Below the pieces are notes generated by a model, which saw only the letters and a program-made list of their open reading frames with translations, was not told the DNA's origin and searched no databases. Shown in pieces: positions 11,625 to 21,501 of a DNA stretch of 64,000 bases. The stretch comes from Rhynchopus sp. YZ270_cl-10. Lineage: Eukaryota. Location of the stretch: the NCBI GenBank assembly GCA_964035575.1, contig OZ037837.1:248001-312000 (forward strand), written 5' to 3'. Every line of letters starts with the position of its first letter. The first letter of the stretch is position 1. Made by a program: the position numbers and the translations under genes.

Positions 11625-12427
11625 CCAGAACAAAGACAGGAGACATTCCGCTACACGCAAATGTGCGCCATTTTGCTGCTACTGTGTGCTGTAACTGCAT
11701 GCTGTGCCAGTAAAGAATAGGCGCAGCGGTGTGTAATAGGGTTCAAACAGTGCGCCGCACAACCGTCCGCACTGAGCGCTAAACTAGGTAGTAACAGTGT
11801 ATCCACAAAGAATACGCATAACTGCGAAATAATAAAAACCCCTTTCATCTTTTGTTTAGTTGGTACGTCATACGAGATAAAAGGAAGCAACGGTGCGCTA
11901 CTAGGCTTCGCACGAGCGCCATACAAAGAAGGACACAGATGCCCGCTTTCTTTTTCATTGTATTTGTCTCTTTGATTCATTGATAAATTGATGACGCGTT
12001 GACACCTCGTGATATTTAGGTGACGGGCTAAAAAACGTGTCGTTCTTGTATGACACTTCGATGGCAAAGTGATAAGGAGCACAGTTTTTTTTTTCTTCTT
12101 GATAATGGATTATGTTAATCCAGAGCCAGTGGTACACGCATTTTGAATTAGAAGGAGCAGTATCCAATCATGTGGAAAGTGAGGCAAATGCAACCTGTCT
12201 GTTCCTTGCCACGTCACGACGAGCATGCAGTTCGTTATGTTTTGTCTCAGCATAGAGAGACATACACTCGAGCGTGTCTCCGTTCTAATTGTGACGATCT
12301 GCACGCTGCTGTGTCGCGCCATATGGAAACCTCCTGCCCAAAGCTCGTGTTTGCGACAGTATTCTGCCATTCTTTTCCGTAGACCTTGGCAAACCCGTAA
12401 ACCTGGCGGGTAGACCTTGAAGAAAAC

Positions 12428-13370
12428 ATGAAATTTACATACCACGCTCGCCAGGTTTTACAGCAGTCCTGAAGACATATTAGTGCAGCTATTTTATGAT
12501 TGTATGTACCATCTGTTCAATTCCTTTCCATTGCGACCACTCTCGGTATGATTCGCACAGCAGACATTTGGGTGACGGGCTTAAACACCCTACTTGCAGG
12601 TTAGCGAACTCACTTTTTTAGCAGATTGGTGTGGCAATGAGGAAGAACAGAGGCCTTTTCACACAGCTCACGCCTGGTTCGCGTGCGCGCTTCGCGCGCC
12701 CGCTCACTGTAGCAAGTGGGTGAACCACTGGTGCGGTTGTTAAATGCACCTTTCTGTGCAAACCTTTTGAGTTAAAAAAATAAGTAAACCGGGAAGGTCA
12801 ATAGGGGCAGCCCTGACAGGCGCATGTCCAGGTGCGCAAGCGCCGTGTGATCGATACTTCGTTGACACTCTAATCATTGAAAAGCCTCAGGGAATCCTTT
12901 GTTTAGTGTTGACTCACTATATCCGGTGTGTACCTACAGTGTGTGGACAATAGTTCCCACGGTAACCCAACCCAGAGTTTTGTACCCTCAGGCGCCTTCA
13001 CATTCAATCCTCCAATATCATACAGGCTCTGTTATTGCAAACCTTATGAATTCACTCCTAAGCTCACCACGTCTTACTGCACTGCTACACCTGCACTGCC
13101 AAGACATTTTTTGATTCACAGCACTATGTATAGGATATCCTTCCAATACACCCTAACTCGGTATGATTCATCCTGCACACATTTATTCATTCCCACCTGT
13201 GCGTAAATAGTCGAATGTTTTTAATGTTTTACCCGCAAATATTTATGAAATTTCCATGCTACTCTCGCCAGTATTTACAGCACTCGTACAGTGTTTCTGC
13301 CCTGGTATTTTTTGATCATCCGTACTATGTGTTCGATATCTTTCCATTGCGACCACTCTCGGTATGATTC
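12428..13370. repeat. Diverged ~130-bp direct repeat pair
   Basis: CTTTCCATTGCGACCACTCTCGGTATGATTC near 12524 and 13340, each preceded by a similar AAATTT...CTCGCCAG...TTTACAGCA block. Confidence 0.6.
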
Positions 13371-13424
13371 CCCCCTCACATATTTACTCATTCACACATG
13401 AGCGTAAAAAGTCGAAAATTTTTG

Positions 13425-14178
13425 GTTTTTGTAGCAAATGCCAGCTGGTCTGAAGAGTGATCTGACCATATTCCCCAGGTATAACTGGTACTCAAAAAAT
13501 GAATTGGCGAAGGAATCTTGCACTTTTGACCATCACACATTACATGTGTTTTTAAGGCAAAAATGACCGAAAAAGCTGCTTTTTGGCTGAATGCCAACCT
13601 TCAAAAATATTGTCATTTTTTTATAACGACTGGCAAAACATTTTTTTTTTGCCCACAATATCTCCTAACTATCCGATTTTCTGGTCCGGTAATTTTTTAG
13701 AAGAACAAACAATTTTTCAAATTTTTCATTTTTTTGGTCAAATCCAGCCTATGGTGAGGGTGTGTGTGGGTGGGTAGTGTGTGTGGGTGTGGGTGGCGCA
13801 CATCCTTATAGTAAAAACAAAAAAACTAACGTTTTTTAGAATTTAAATCTGAACTGGAGTGTGTGTACTGGGCAGTTTCACTCCCCAGTACACACACTCC
13901 AGCTAACTGCACTGGGTTTTCAGGCGAAAAGTGGCCTGTTGAAAAAGTGGTGTTTTTGTAGCAAATGCCAGCTGGTCTGAAGAGTGATCTGACCATATTC
14001 CCCAGGTATAACTGGTACTCAAAAAATGAATTGGCGAAGGAATCTTGCACTTTTGACCATCACACATTACATGTGTTTTTAAGGCAAAAATGACCGAAAA
14101 AGCTGCTTTTTGGCTGAATGCCAACCTTCAAAAATATTGTCATTTTTTTATAACGACTGGCAAAACATTTTTTTTTTG
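13425..14178. repeat. Identical 227-bp direct repeat (13425-13651 / 13952-14178)
   Basis: Base-for-base match at offset 527; the second copy is cut at its T10G tract by element A. Confidence 0.9.
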
Positions 14179-14413
14179 TATACAACAGACGAAGCGGTAC
14201 GCGTACGGTTGTAAAGAAATAATACAGACCGAAATGTTTGGGCGTCTTCGGTTCGAATGATTGGAATTGTGTGTGTAGTTCAGACATAAATACTGGCTCT
14301 TCTATCTTGTTCTTTTATTCATTGTTTTCCTTTCATTGCCCTTTGCTTGTGCTCCCCGACTCCAATTCAACCAACACTTACAGAGGGGGGTCAAAAAGTT
14401 ATTAGCGTTTTTC

Positions 14414-14446
<33 letters not shown>

Positions 14447-14449
<3 letters not shown>

Positions 14450-17100
14450 CCGTTTGAGGGCAGATCCAGAGACACTTTTGTTTTGGATGAGGTGGACTGG
14501 GTGAGCGCTAGACCTTTGCCTATTCCGGCGCAGCCCGCTCTCCTTCAACATGGTTGCGTCTTCCCCTCATGCCCCGTCGCTCATACCTCGCAGTATTGCT
14601 GGATCTGCGGATACGGCGCCCATCAGCAGTGTGTCAAGGATAAGCTCCCCACGCAAGCCATCGCCGCCGCTTTTCTCGTCAATTACCACACCGGTGAGTT
14701 TACCTGCCCTGTATGCGCCTGGGTGGACGAGGAGCCGGCCGATGTAGACCCTGTTGCGAACCTGCCTCAGCCGCCACTACACCAGGATCCTGAGCCTATT
14801 CCGCAGGGGGACCCGATTCAGGACCAGCCGCAGCCTCAGTTGGCACAGCTCATTGCACAGCTCATCGCACAGCAGCAGGACCAGCCGCCACCGCAGCTAC
14901 CCGTACCGCAGGAACAGCAGCAGCCAGGGCACGTGGCGCAGCATCCGCAGCCGCCTGTGCTCCCGGCGCAGCATCCCGTACATCAGAACCAGCAGCAGCC
15001 AGGGCACGTGGCGCAGCATCCGCAGCCGCCTGTGCTCCCGGCGCAGCATCCCGTACATCAAAACCAGCAGCAGCCAGGGCACGTGGCGCAGCATCCGCAG
15101 CCGCCTGTGCTCCCGGCGCAGCTCCCAGGACAGCCGAATCAGCAGCCGCCTCCGCAGATGGCGCAGCTTCCTGCCCAAGGTCTCGCGCAGGCCATCGCGC
15201 AGCTACTCGGGCCTCACGCGGCCCCCCCGCCGGGTCCGCAGCAGCAGCAGCAGCAGCAGCAGCAGCCGGCACAGCTGATCGCGCAGCTCCTGGCCCTACC
15301 GGCCCAACAGCCCCCTCCTGCCCAGCAAGCCCAGCCGCCGGCCCCGGGCGCGGCTCAGCAGCAGGGGGTCCCTCAGCAGGCGCAAGCCGTGCCCCAGCTT
15401 GATGCGCTAGCGCCGATCCTGCAGCAACTCTTGGCTCCGCAGCTGGCCCTACAAAACGTCATCCGGGACGTGGCCCAGCTGCGGAGCCAAGCCGGTATGG
15501 CCCTCCCCCACAATTTTAACCCCTTTTGTGCCATTGATTGGCGTCCCTTCCTCCACAACCCACAGAAGATCGGCGTACTTCGCTGGAAGCTGAAGGAGGA
15601 AGGCGGCGCACCCGCGGTTGCCTTGCGCTCCCTCCCTGCCGCCGCTAGCGCAGAAGATTGTGCCCTCGCACAAGCGCACGACAGAGTGCACGCCACTCTC
15701 TCGGGAATGCGCCGCGAGGACCCCCCCGCCAACGACGACCGCTTGTCCGACCTCCACCAACTGCTCACTTGGGCATATCGGTGTTTGTTGGTCAAGAAGT
15801 ATGATCTCGCAACGGGACATGCTTACCTTGTGCTGGCACTCGAGAAGGATTGGCAATCCTTTTCGACGGGCCACCAGGCACGCTACTCCGACCAGGCCAT
15901 ACGGACTGGGAAGGACGCGGCCCTGGATCGCAAGGACCGGTTTCGAGGGTCGCGGGGGTCGGGGAACAAGCGAGAGAGGGATACCGATAGGGAGCAGGGA
16001 AAGGGGGGGAAGCAGGGGGGGAAGCAGGGGGGGAAGCAGGGGGGGAAGCAGGGGGGGAAGCAGGGGGGGAAGCAGGGGGGGAAGCAGGGGGGGAAGCAGG
16101 GGGGGAAGCAGGGGGGGAAGCAGGGGGGGAAGCAGGGGGGGAAGCAGGGGGGGAAGCAGGGGGGGAAGCAGGGGGGGAAGCAGGGGGGGAAGCAGGGGGG
16201 GAAGCAGGGGGGGAAGCAGGGGGGGAAGCAGGGGGGGAAGCAGGGGGGGAAGCAGGGGGGGAAGCAGGGGGGGAAGCAGGGGGGGAAGCAGGGGGGGAAG
16301 CAGGGGGGGAAGCAGGGGGGGAAGCAGGGGGGGAAGCAGGGGGGGAAGCAGGGGGGGAAGCAGGGGGGGAAGCAGGGGGGGAAGCAGGGGGGGAAGCAGG
16401 GGGGGAAGCAGGGGGGGAAGCAGGGGGGGAAGCAGGGGGGGAAGCAGGGGGGGAAGCAGGGGGGGAAGCAGGGGGGGAAGCAGGGGGGGAAGCAGGGGGG
16501 GAAGCAGGGGGGGAAGCAGGGGGGGAAGCAGGGGGGGAAGCAGGGGGGGAAGCAGGGGGGGAAGCAGGGGGGGAAGCAGGGGGGGAAGCAGGGGGGGAAG
16601 CAGGGGGGGAAGCAGGGGGGGAAGCAGGGGGGGAAGCAGGGGGGGAAGCAGGGGGGGAAGCAGGGGGGGAAGCAGGGGGGGAAGCAGGGGGGGAAGCAGG
16701 GGGGGAAGCAGGGGGGGAAGCAGGGGGGGAAGCAGGGGGGGAAGCAGGGGGGGAAGCAGGGGGGGAAGCAGGGGGGGAAGCAGGGGGGGAAGCAGGGGGG
16801 GAAGCAGGGGGGGAAGCAGGGGGGGAAGCAGGGGGGGAAGCAGGGGGGGAAGCAGGGGGGGAAGCAGGGGGGGAAGCAGGGGGGGAAGCAGGGGGGGAAG
16901 CAGGGGGGGAAGCAGGGGGGGAAGCAGGGGGGGAAGCAGGGGGGGAAGCAGGGGGGGAAGCAGGGGGGGAAGCAGGGGGGGAAGCAGGGGGGGAAGCAGG
17001 GGGGGAAGCAGGGGGGGAAGCAGGGGGGGAAGCAGGGGGGGAAACAGGGGGGGAAGCAGGGGGGGAAGCAGGGGGGGAAGCAGGGGGGGAAGCAGGGGAG
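14447..17100 (+). CDS. Family A Gag-like ORF, 5' part (PHD-like finger, Q/P-rich region, GGKQ repeats); continues at 21502-22675
   Basis: C-x4-C...CxxC-x4-H-xx-C...CxxC at the N-terminus; 3x75-bp internal repeat; array variation (AAG/AAA) is synonymous in the GGKQ frame. Confidence 0.75.
16003..17094 (+). repeat. 12-bp tandem array (GGGGGGGAAGCA) x~91
   Basis: Directly visible; one AAA variant near 17043. Confidence 0.97.
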
Positions 17101-17322
17101 ATCTGGTGTACAAATAGTGATCCGTCGATGAGGTCCTGAAAGCGCAACAAAAACAATGTGAGGAGGGGTTTCGTTTATTGTGACGTACGAGGGAAGGAAA
17201 ACACACCATATACCGCTTTGGTACATCGTTTCCAGTCCGATTGACATGTGTACGACCACCACACTCTTTTGAAGAAAGGACAAGAGAAAAAGAGAAAGAA
17301 TAAAAGAAATCACAAATGCATA

Positions 17323-19866
17323 TCACTCTGAAAAACCAAAAGAATCAACCTTCTTGTGAACACGGTCCCAACACAGCGGTACCGCTATCGTTCCCTCAGA
17401 GAGATGTGTGCGCCGGGATAACTGATCCGCAGTGCTGTTCTCCTCTGAGGCGATCCACTCAACACGAAGGTGGTGTGGTTGCACAAAAGAAAAAATATAA
17501 CGTAAAAATAGGTTCCCTAGACGAGACTTTGTATGTCCCCGTCTGATCGCATGCGCCAAGCCCTCGTTGTCCACCAGCAGGAGGGTCCCACTCTTTGAGG
17601 AACCGCTCTCCAATGCAGCTCTGATGCCCTTCATCGCAGCTTCTGCCTCCAGCAGGAAGATGTCGCGGTGCGTCGCAGCCTGCACCCACTGTCCCCAGTC
17701 CGCCCCGGCCTCGGCATCGTCCAGGTGCTGCCACACAATGCCCCAACCAGTCGTACTCGCGTCCGTCCACACCACCGTGTCCCATGCAGAAGCCGGCTCC
17801 GGCAATGAAAAATCCCGAATGGGGCGCACGAAAGCATCGACAATCTCAGCCATCTCCCTCCGCAAGTCATCCGGGATCACCACCTCTACGTCCCAGTCCA
17901 GTTCGCCTCTCACGATCTTCGTGGACCACCCACTGAGGCACCGGAGTATGGCGTCGAAGTGACACAGCGGAACGCCCAGGACATGTAGCACTCGCATAGC
18001 AATACCCACCATCTGCCATATGCGCCGAATCGACAACTTCCACGCAGACGCAAATGAAACAAAAATCAGCATCACCTTCTCCCTCCACGTGCTCGGAAAC
18101 CGCAATACACCCTGCTCAGGTGACCACTCCACACCAATGTACTCCAAAGTCCGCACTGGGCTGAGGCACGATTTCTTCTCGTTTATTTCTGCTCCTGCAA
18201 AACTGAACCGTTCCAGGATCCCTGCTACCGATGCCTGAACTCCTTCACAAGACTCTCCGAAGACAAGGATGTCGTCCAAGTACACCATCGCACGCACGCC
18301 CACTGCTCTACCCACAAGCGCTTCCGCTGTGTTCTGTGCTATGTAGGGGGCCACAGACCAGCCCATCGGCACCCGAGTCCATCTGTACCAGCTTTGCCCG
18401 ACGCGAAAACAGAAGAAAGAGGAGACGTTGTTGTGGATAGGAAGTTGGTGGAAGAATCCTTTCAGGTCTATTTTTGCCAACCACGTAGCCTTCCTGTGCT
18501 TCAGGATGTGGAACAGGTGCGGCGGGGCGAAGAGGTGGAACTTTGGGGGCTTTGGCATCACGCAGTTGATGGGACGGCCGTCAATCACCGTGCGGTGAAT
18601 CAGCGGATCAGACTTCGGAACCGTAAACACCTTGACCACTCCGCGGACACACTCACGTTTCGTCACCTTCATGCAGACACCAGCCTTCAAACATGCCGAC
18701 ACAAAAGAGGGAGGGAGGTTGGATTTCGGTCCTGGGATGGGGATCTTGCCTGACTTCACCTCCGAAATAGCGTTAGGGTTCGTCATCCAGCTTGCGAAAT
18801 GTGGGTCCATACCCGCTTCCGTCGCCAGTTGCGACAGACGTTGCACGTTGATGGTGGAGGTCGGGAAGGAGTCAAGCTTTGCCTGTCTGGGGGGTGGCTT
18901 ACCCAAATCGGGCCACGTCAGGGAAGACTCTCCGGACTGCTCACCCGATACCTCATTCTCATGTTCCTCCAATATCCCCCGATAGCCCTCCTGCAGACCC
19001 CGAATCACTGAAGAGAAGACAGCAGATTCGCCTCCAGCGTTCGTCGACCCCGTGTGTTCGTCCTCAGGTAACGCACCGTCTCTGCTTCGTTCGCGTGTCT
19101 GAGGAGCTCCCGCAGCTCGCTTCTTTCCACTCCCGTCTTCTCCACCTCCTGGATCGCCCCCCGTCGTAACGAATGTAGCCATGCTGCGTTGGGAAACACC
19201 TTCTTCATAGCACGTTTCAGGCTTTCGTACACATTTGAATTCCCGCCGAAGACTAGCTGTTTTTCGTCCTTGATGCTTCGCATGAATCTCACCGCTACCG
19301 CAGTCAGTCTCCCTGGAGGCATGTTGATGGGGGGCCGCCATCCCTTGCATCCTTTCTCCCGCGCAAAGAATTCCCCCCCCACGGTGTCCAGCTTCTGCGG
19401 TGTGTCCGAGCGGAATTCCCTCCAATCTACCTTCGTGATGAAGCGCAGGTCGGGAACGCGAGCTCTCGATACCCATGCAATCGCGGCCAGTGCTGCAGCC
19501 GGCTTGTTCCCTTGCGACCACAGCGTCTCTATTGCAGTTGAAGCTTCTGTGGTGGTCATTGGTGGTGCCTGTCGCGGGCGGATCATCGTGCTCAAACGTA
19601 TAAGTCCTTTCTTTGCCTCCAGCAGCTTCCGCGTTCGAACTCCTCGCATGCCCATGCTCAGCGACTTTCGCACGATCACCTCCACGTAGGTCTGTACAGT
19701 CTTCGGAGAAGCCGATGCCAGCATCCTGTGCGCGTAGCCGATGATGAGGTCGTCGGGGGGGAGGCCGTCGCGCTGCGTCGCACGCCACTCCATAAACCGG
19801 TCGAAGACCCGGTCTTGCTCCGCCCGGTACTTCGGGGCGTTCGCAAACTGACCGAGCTGGTCCCAT
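17323..19866 (-). CDS. Reverse transcriptase / RNase H (family B)
   Basis: VFTVPK, IDGRPIN, KIDLKGFFHQ, RVPMGW, VYLDDIL, LEYIG; RNase H WTDAS..GWG, IFLLE, LVDN, NSTADQLSR. True start uncertain. Confidence 0.93.
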   Translation of the reverse strand: MGPARSVCERPEVPGGARPGLRPVYGVACDAARRPPPRRPHHRLRAQDAGIGFSEDCTDLRGGDRAKVAEHGHARSSNAEAAGGKERTYTFEHDDPPATGTTNDHHRSFNCNRDAVVAREQAGCSTGRDCMGIESSRSRPALHHEGRLEGIPLGHTAEAGHRGGGILCAGERMQGMAAPHQHASRETDCGSGEIHAKHQGRKTASLRREFKCVRKPETCYEEGVSQRSMATFVTTGGDPGGGEDGSGKKRAAGAPQTRERSRDGALPEDEHTGSTNAGGESAVFSSVIRGLQEGYRGILEEHENEVSGEQSGESSLTWPDLGKPPPRQAKLDSFPTSTINVQRLSQLATEAGMDPHFASWMTNPNAISEVKSGKIPIPGPKSNLPPSFVSACLKAGVCMKVTKRECVRGVVKVFTVPKSDPLIHRTVIDGRPINCVMPKPPKFHLFAPPHLFHILKHRKATWLAKIDLKGFFHQLPIHNNVSSFFCFRVGQSWYRWTRVPMGWSVAPYIAQNTAEALVGRAVGVRAMVYLDDILVFGESCEGVQASVAGILERFSFAGAEINEKKSCLSPVRTLEYIGVEWSPEQGVLRFPSTWREKVMLIFVSFASAWKLSIRRIWQMVGIAMRVLHVLGVPLCHFDAILRCLSGWSTKIVRGELDWDVEVVIPDDLRREMAEIVDAFVRPIRDFSLPEPASAWDTVVWTDASTTGWGIVWQHLDDAEAGADWGQWVQAATHRDIFLLEAEAAMKGIRAALESGSSKSGTLLLVDNEGLAHAIRRGHTKSRLGNLFLRYIFSFVQPHHLRVEWIASEENSTADQLSRRTHLSEGTIAVPLCWDRVHKKVDSFGFSE

Positions 19867-20549
19867 TCCAGCGTCCGGTGCAGCAGCTTCCCCAGTACCT
19901 TCCCGTCTCGTTCCGCAAACACCAAGTCCTCCACAGCTTTCGCCCTCTGCAGCGACATCTTCCTCGTCCCAAGCGACATGTGCTCCGGTAGGTGTGGTGG
20001 GGGCAGGACCTCCTTGGGCGGGGTCACCGGGTCCGTCACCAGTTTCGGCCCTGTTCGCCCCGTGTCGCTCTGTCGCACTGTGACCCAGTTCCTTGGGGAG
20101 TTCCTCGTCCCTGTTCGTCCCTTTTCTCCCTTCTGTCGTCCCTCGTCCCTCTTTGTTTGTTGTAGTTGATGTGATTTTTGACGTCGATTCACCCCATAGT
20201 TCGTTCTGTTCGACCCAGTATTTTGACCCTTGTTTCCCCCGGAGTTGTAGATGGTGTTGTTGTTGATGTTGACGCGGTGGTGGCTACTGGCGAAAAGGCT
20301 TCCCCCCTTTGCCTCCTTTCCGTCCGAAGGTCGCCGATGGGTCGAACCTCGTGCGCTTCGATCCCCTGTCGTTGTAGTTGTTGGAGGAGGTGGTGCTGTG
20401 GCGTCTCTTCGTGCCTGCAAAGCGCGCATTCGCTGCCGTCGCTGCCAGCATCGCTGCACGGCGTTGGGGGGTGGTCGAAGTGCCCATCGATGTACGGGAA
20501 CGGAACGCCCTGGCCGCCTCCAGCCCCATCGTGAAACGGTAGTGCACAC
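19005..20549 (-). CDS. Tyrosine recombinase (family B)
   Basis: Catalytic set intact: SRARVPDL (R), HSLRRG (HxxR), LRH, TVRY. Start uncertain; low-complexity N-terminus overlaps gag. Confidence 0.9.
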   Translation of the reverse strand: MCTTVSRWGWRRPGRSVPVHRWALRPPPNAVQRCWQRRQRMRALQARRDATAPPPPTTTTTGDRSARGSTHRRPSDGKEAKGGSLFASSHHRVNINNNTIYNSGGNKGQNTGSNRTNYGVNRRQKSHQLQQTKRDEGRQKGEKGRTGTRNSPRNWVTVRQSDTGRTGPKLVTDPVTPPKEVLPPPHLPEHMSLGTRKMSLQRAKAVEDLVFAERDGKVLGKLLHRTLEWDQLGQFANAPKYRAEQDRVFDRFMEWRATQRDGLPPDDLIIGYAHRMLASASPKTVQTYVEVIVRKSLSMGMRGVRTRKLLEAKKGLIRLSTMIRPRQAPPMTTTEASTAIETLWSQGNKPAAALAAIAWVSRARVPDLRFITKVDWREFRSDTPQKLDTVGGEFFAREKGCKGWRPPINMPPGRLTAVAVRFMRSIKDEKQLVFGGNSNVYESLKRAMKKVFPNAAWLHSLRRGAIQEVEKTGVERSELRELLRHANEAETVRYLRTNTRGRRTLEANLLSSLQ

Positions 20550-21288
20550 ATAGCAGGTCGTCCAGGAGGATCACGAGGAGGTCCCCCATGTTCTTCCCCT
20601 TCAGAATCTTCTGGATCAGGTTCAGAGTTCCGCGTGCCGCGTCCCGTGTGTCCCCTTCCTTATCAGGCACGTATTTTGCGAGTTGCTCCAACAGTTCGGT
20701 TTGGCCAAACCTGTCGAGTTCTTGCCAACGCGTCGGATTGAGTGCCACGGTTTCAGCGTCGGGCCCCATGTCGTCACTGCGGATGTCGCTGCGGTCGTCC
20801 GGTTGGTCGTCTGGGAAGTCCTGTGCGGCCTCGAAAGCGGCGATGCGGTCCTGCCCATCAGTCTCGCGTACCACCGGCGCAAACACAAAACGTTTCTTCA
20901 CTGCCTCGGCCGCCACTGCCTGCTCCTCTGTCTCCACAGAGGCCTTCGGAGAAGATACGTCCTCAGAGCAAGGGAAAGATGCCGCGTCCTCGCCACTCAG
21001 CAACTGCGCAAAGGTCACGTCCCCAAGGCCGTTCCTCACCGTGGCCAGAAAGAGGGCGAGACGGCGGGGCTTCGTCTTCTCCCACGCCGCCTCATTCGAC
21101 CTGGTGACCTCAATCATCACCACACCCCCCAATCCTGCCAGGGTTGCCAGGATGTAGTCCCCCGGCAAGAAGGAATCCTTCAGCGCCGTCTTCACCACAT
21201 CTGGCGCTCCCGCACAACATACGCGCATCACTTCACTCACCTTGAAGTGACAGGCCTTGCGCCCCTCAAACTCAGCTGTCAAGTCCAT
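20284..21288 (-). CDS. Gag-like ORF1 (family B)
   Basis: First ORF of the element; ATG (MDLTAEF) directly after the 24-bp repeat; basic tail ending RKGGKGGKPFRQ. Assignment is positional. Confidence 0.7.
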   Translation of the reverse strand: MDLTAEFEGRKACHFKVSEVMRVCCAGAPDVVKTALKDSFLPGDYILATLAGLGGVVMIEVTRSNEAAWEKTKPRRLALFLATVRNGLGDVTFAQLLSGEDAASFPCSEDVSSPKASVETEEQAVAAEAVKKRFVFAPVVRETDGQDRIAAFEAAQDFPDDQPDDRSDIRSDDMGPDAETVALNPTRWQELDRFGQTELLEQLAKYVPDKEGDTRDAARGTLNLIQKILKGKNMGDLLVILLDDLLCVHYRFTMGLEAARAFRSRTSMGTSTTPQRRAAMLAATAANARFAGTKRRHSTTSSNNYNDRGSKRTRFDPSATFGRKGGKGGKPFRQ

Positions 21289-21501
21289 ATTCGTACGAGG
21301 GAAGGAAAACACACCGGGGAAACAAATTTGTGGAAAAAATTCCTGATGAAGGTGGTGTGTTTTGACTTTCCCGTTCCAACCTTTGCAGAGCAAAGAGGTA
21401 ATAAAAGCAAAAATGGACCAAAGCATCTTATACTATCATCTACAGTAACACCAGATCTCCCCATGTCGCAGCAAAGCTGCTTTAACAAGTTAACTGGGGA
21501 G

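Larger units (their letters stand above)
17095..21501 (-). mobile_element. YR retrotransposon family B, apparently intact (4.4 kb)
   Basis: Bounded by GGGGAG at 17095-17100 and 21496-21501; three uninterrupted overlapping ORFs (gag-like, YR, RT/RH); 24-bp internal direct repeat at 17184-17207 / 21292-21315. Confidence 0.9.

Noticed and set aside
16003..17094. Array as CRISPR or telomeric repeat
   Set aside because: No spacers or cas genes; not TTAGGG-like; internal to a retroelement ORF.
17115..21350. Hammerhead ribozyme suggested by GATGAGGTCCTGAAA and CCTGATGAAG
   Set aside because: No complete CUGAnGA...GAAA...UH core with closing stems could be built by eye.
17095..21462. Element B as a TIR DNA transposon ending at 21462
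   Set aside because: 39 more non-array bases follow to a second GGGGAG, and the ORFs are RT/RH and YR, not a DDE transposase.
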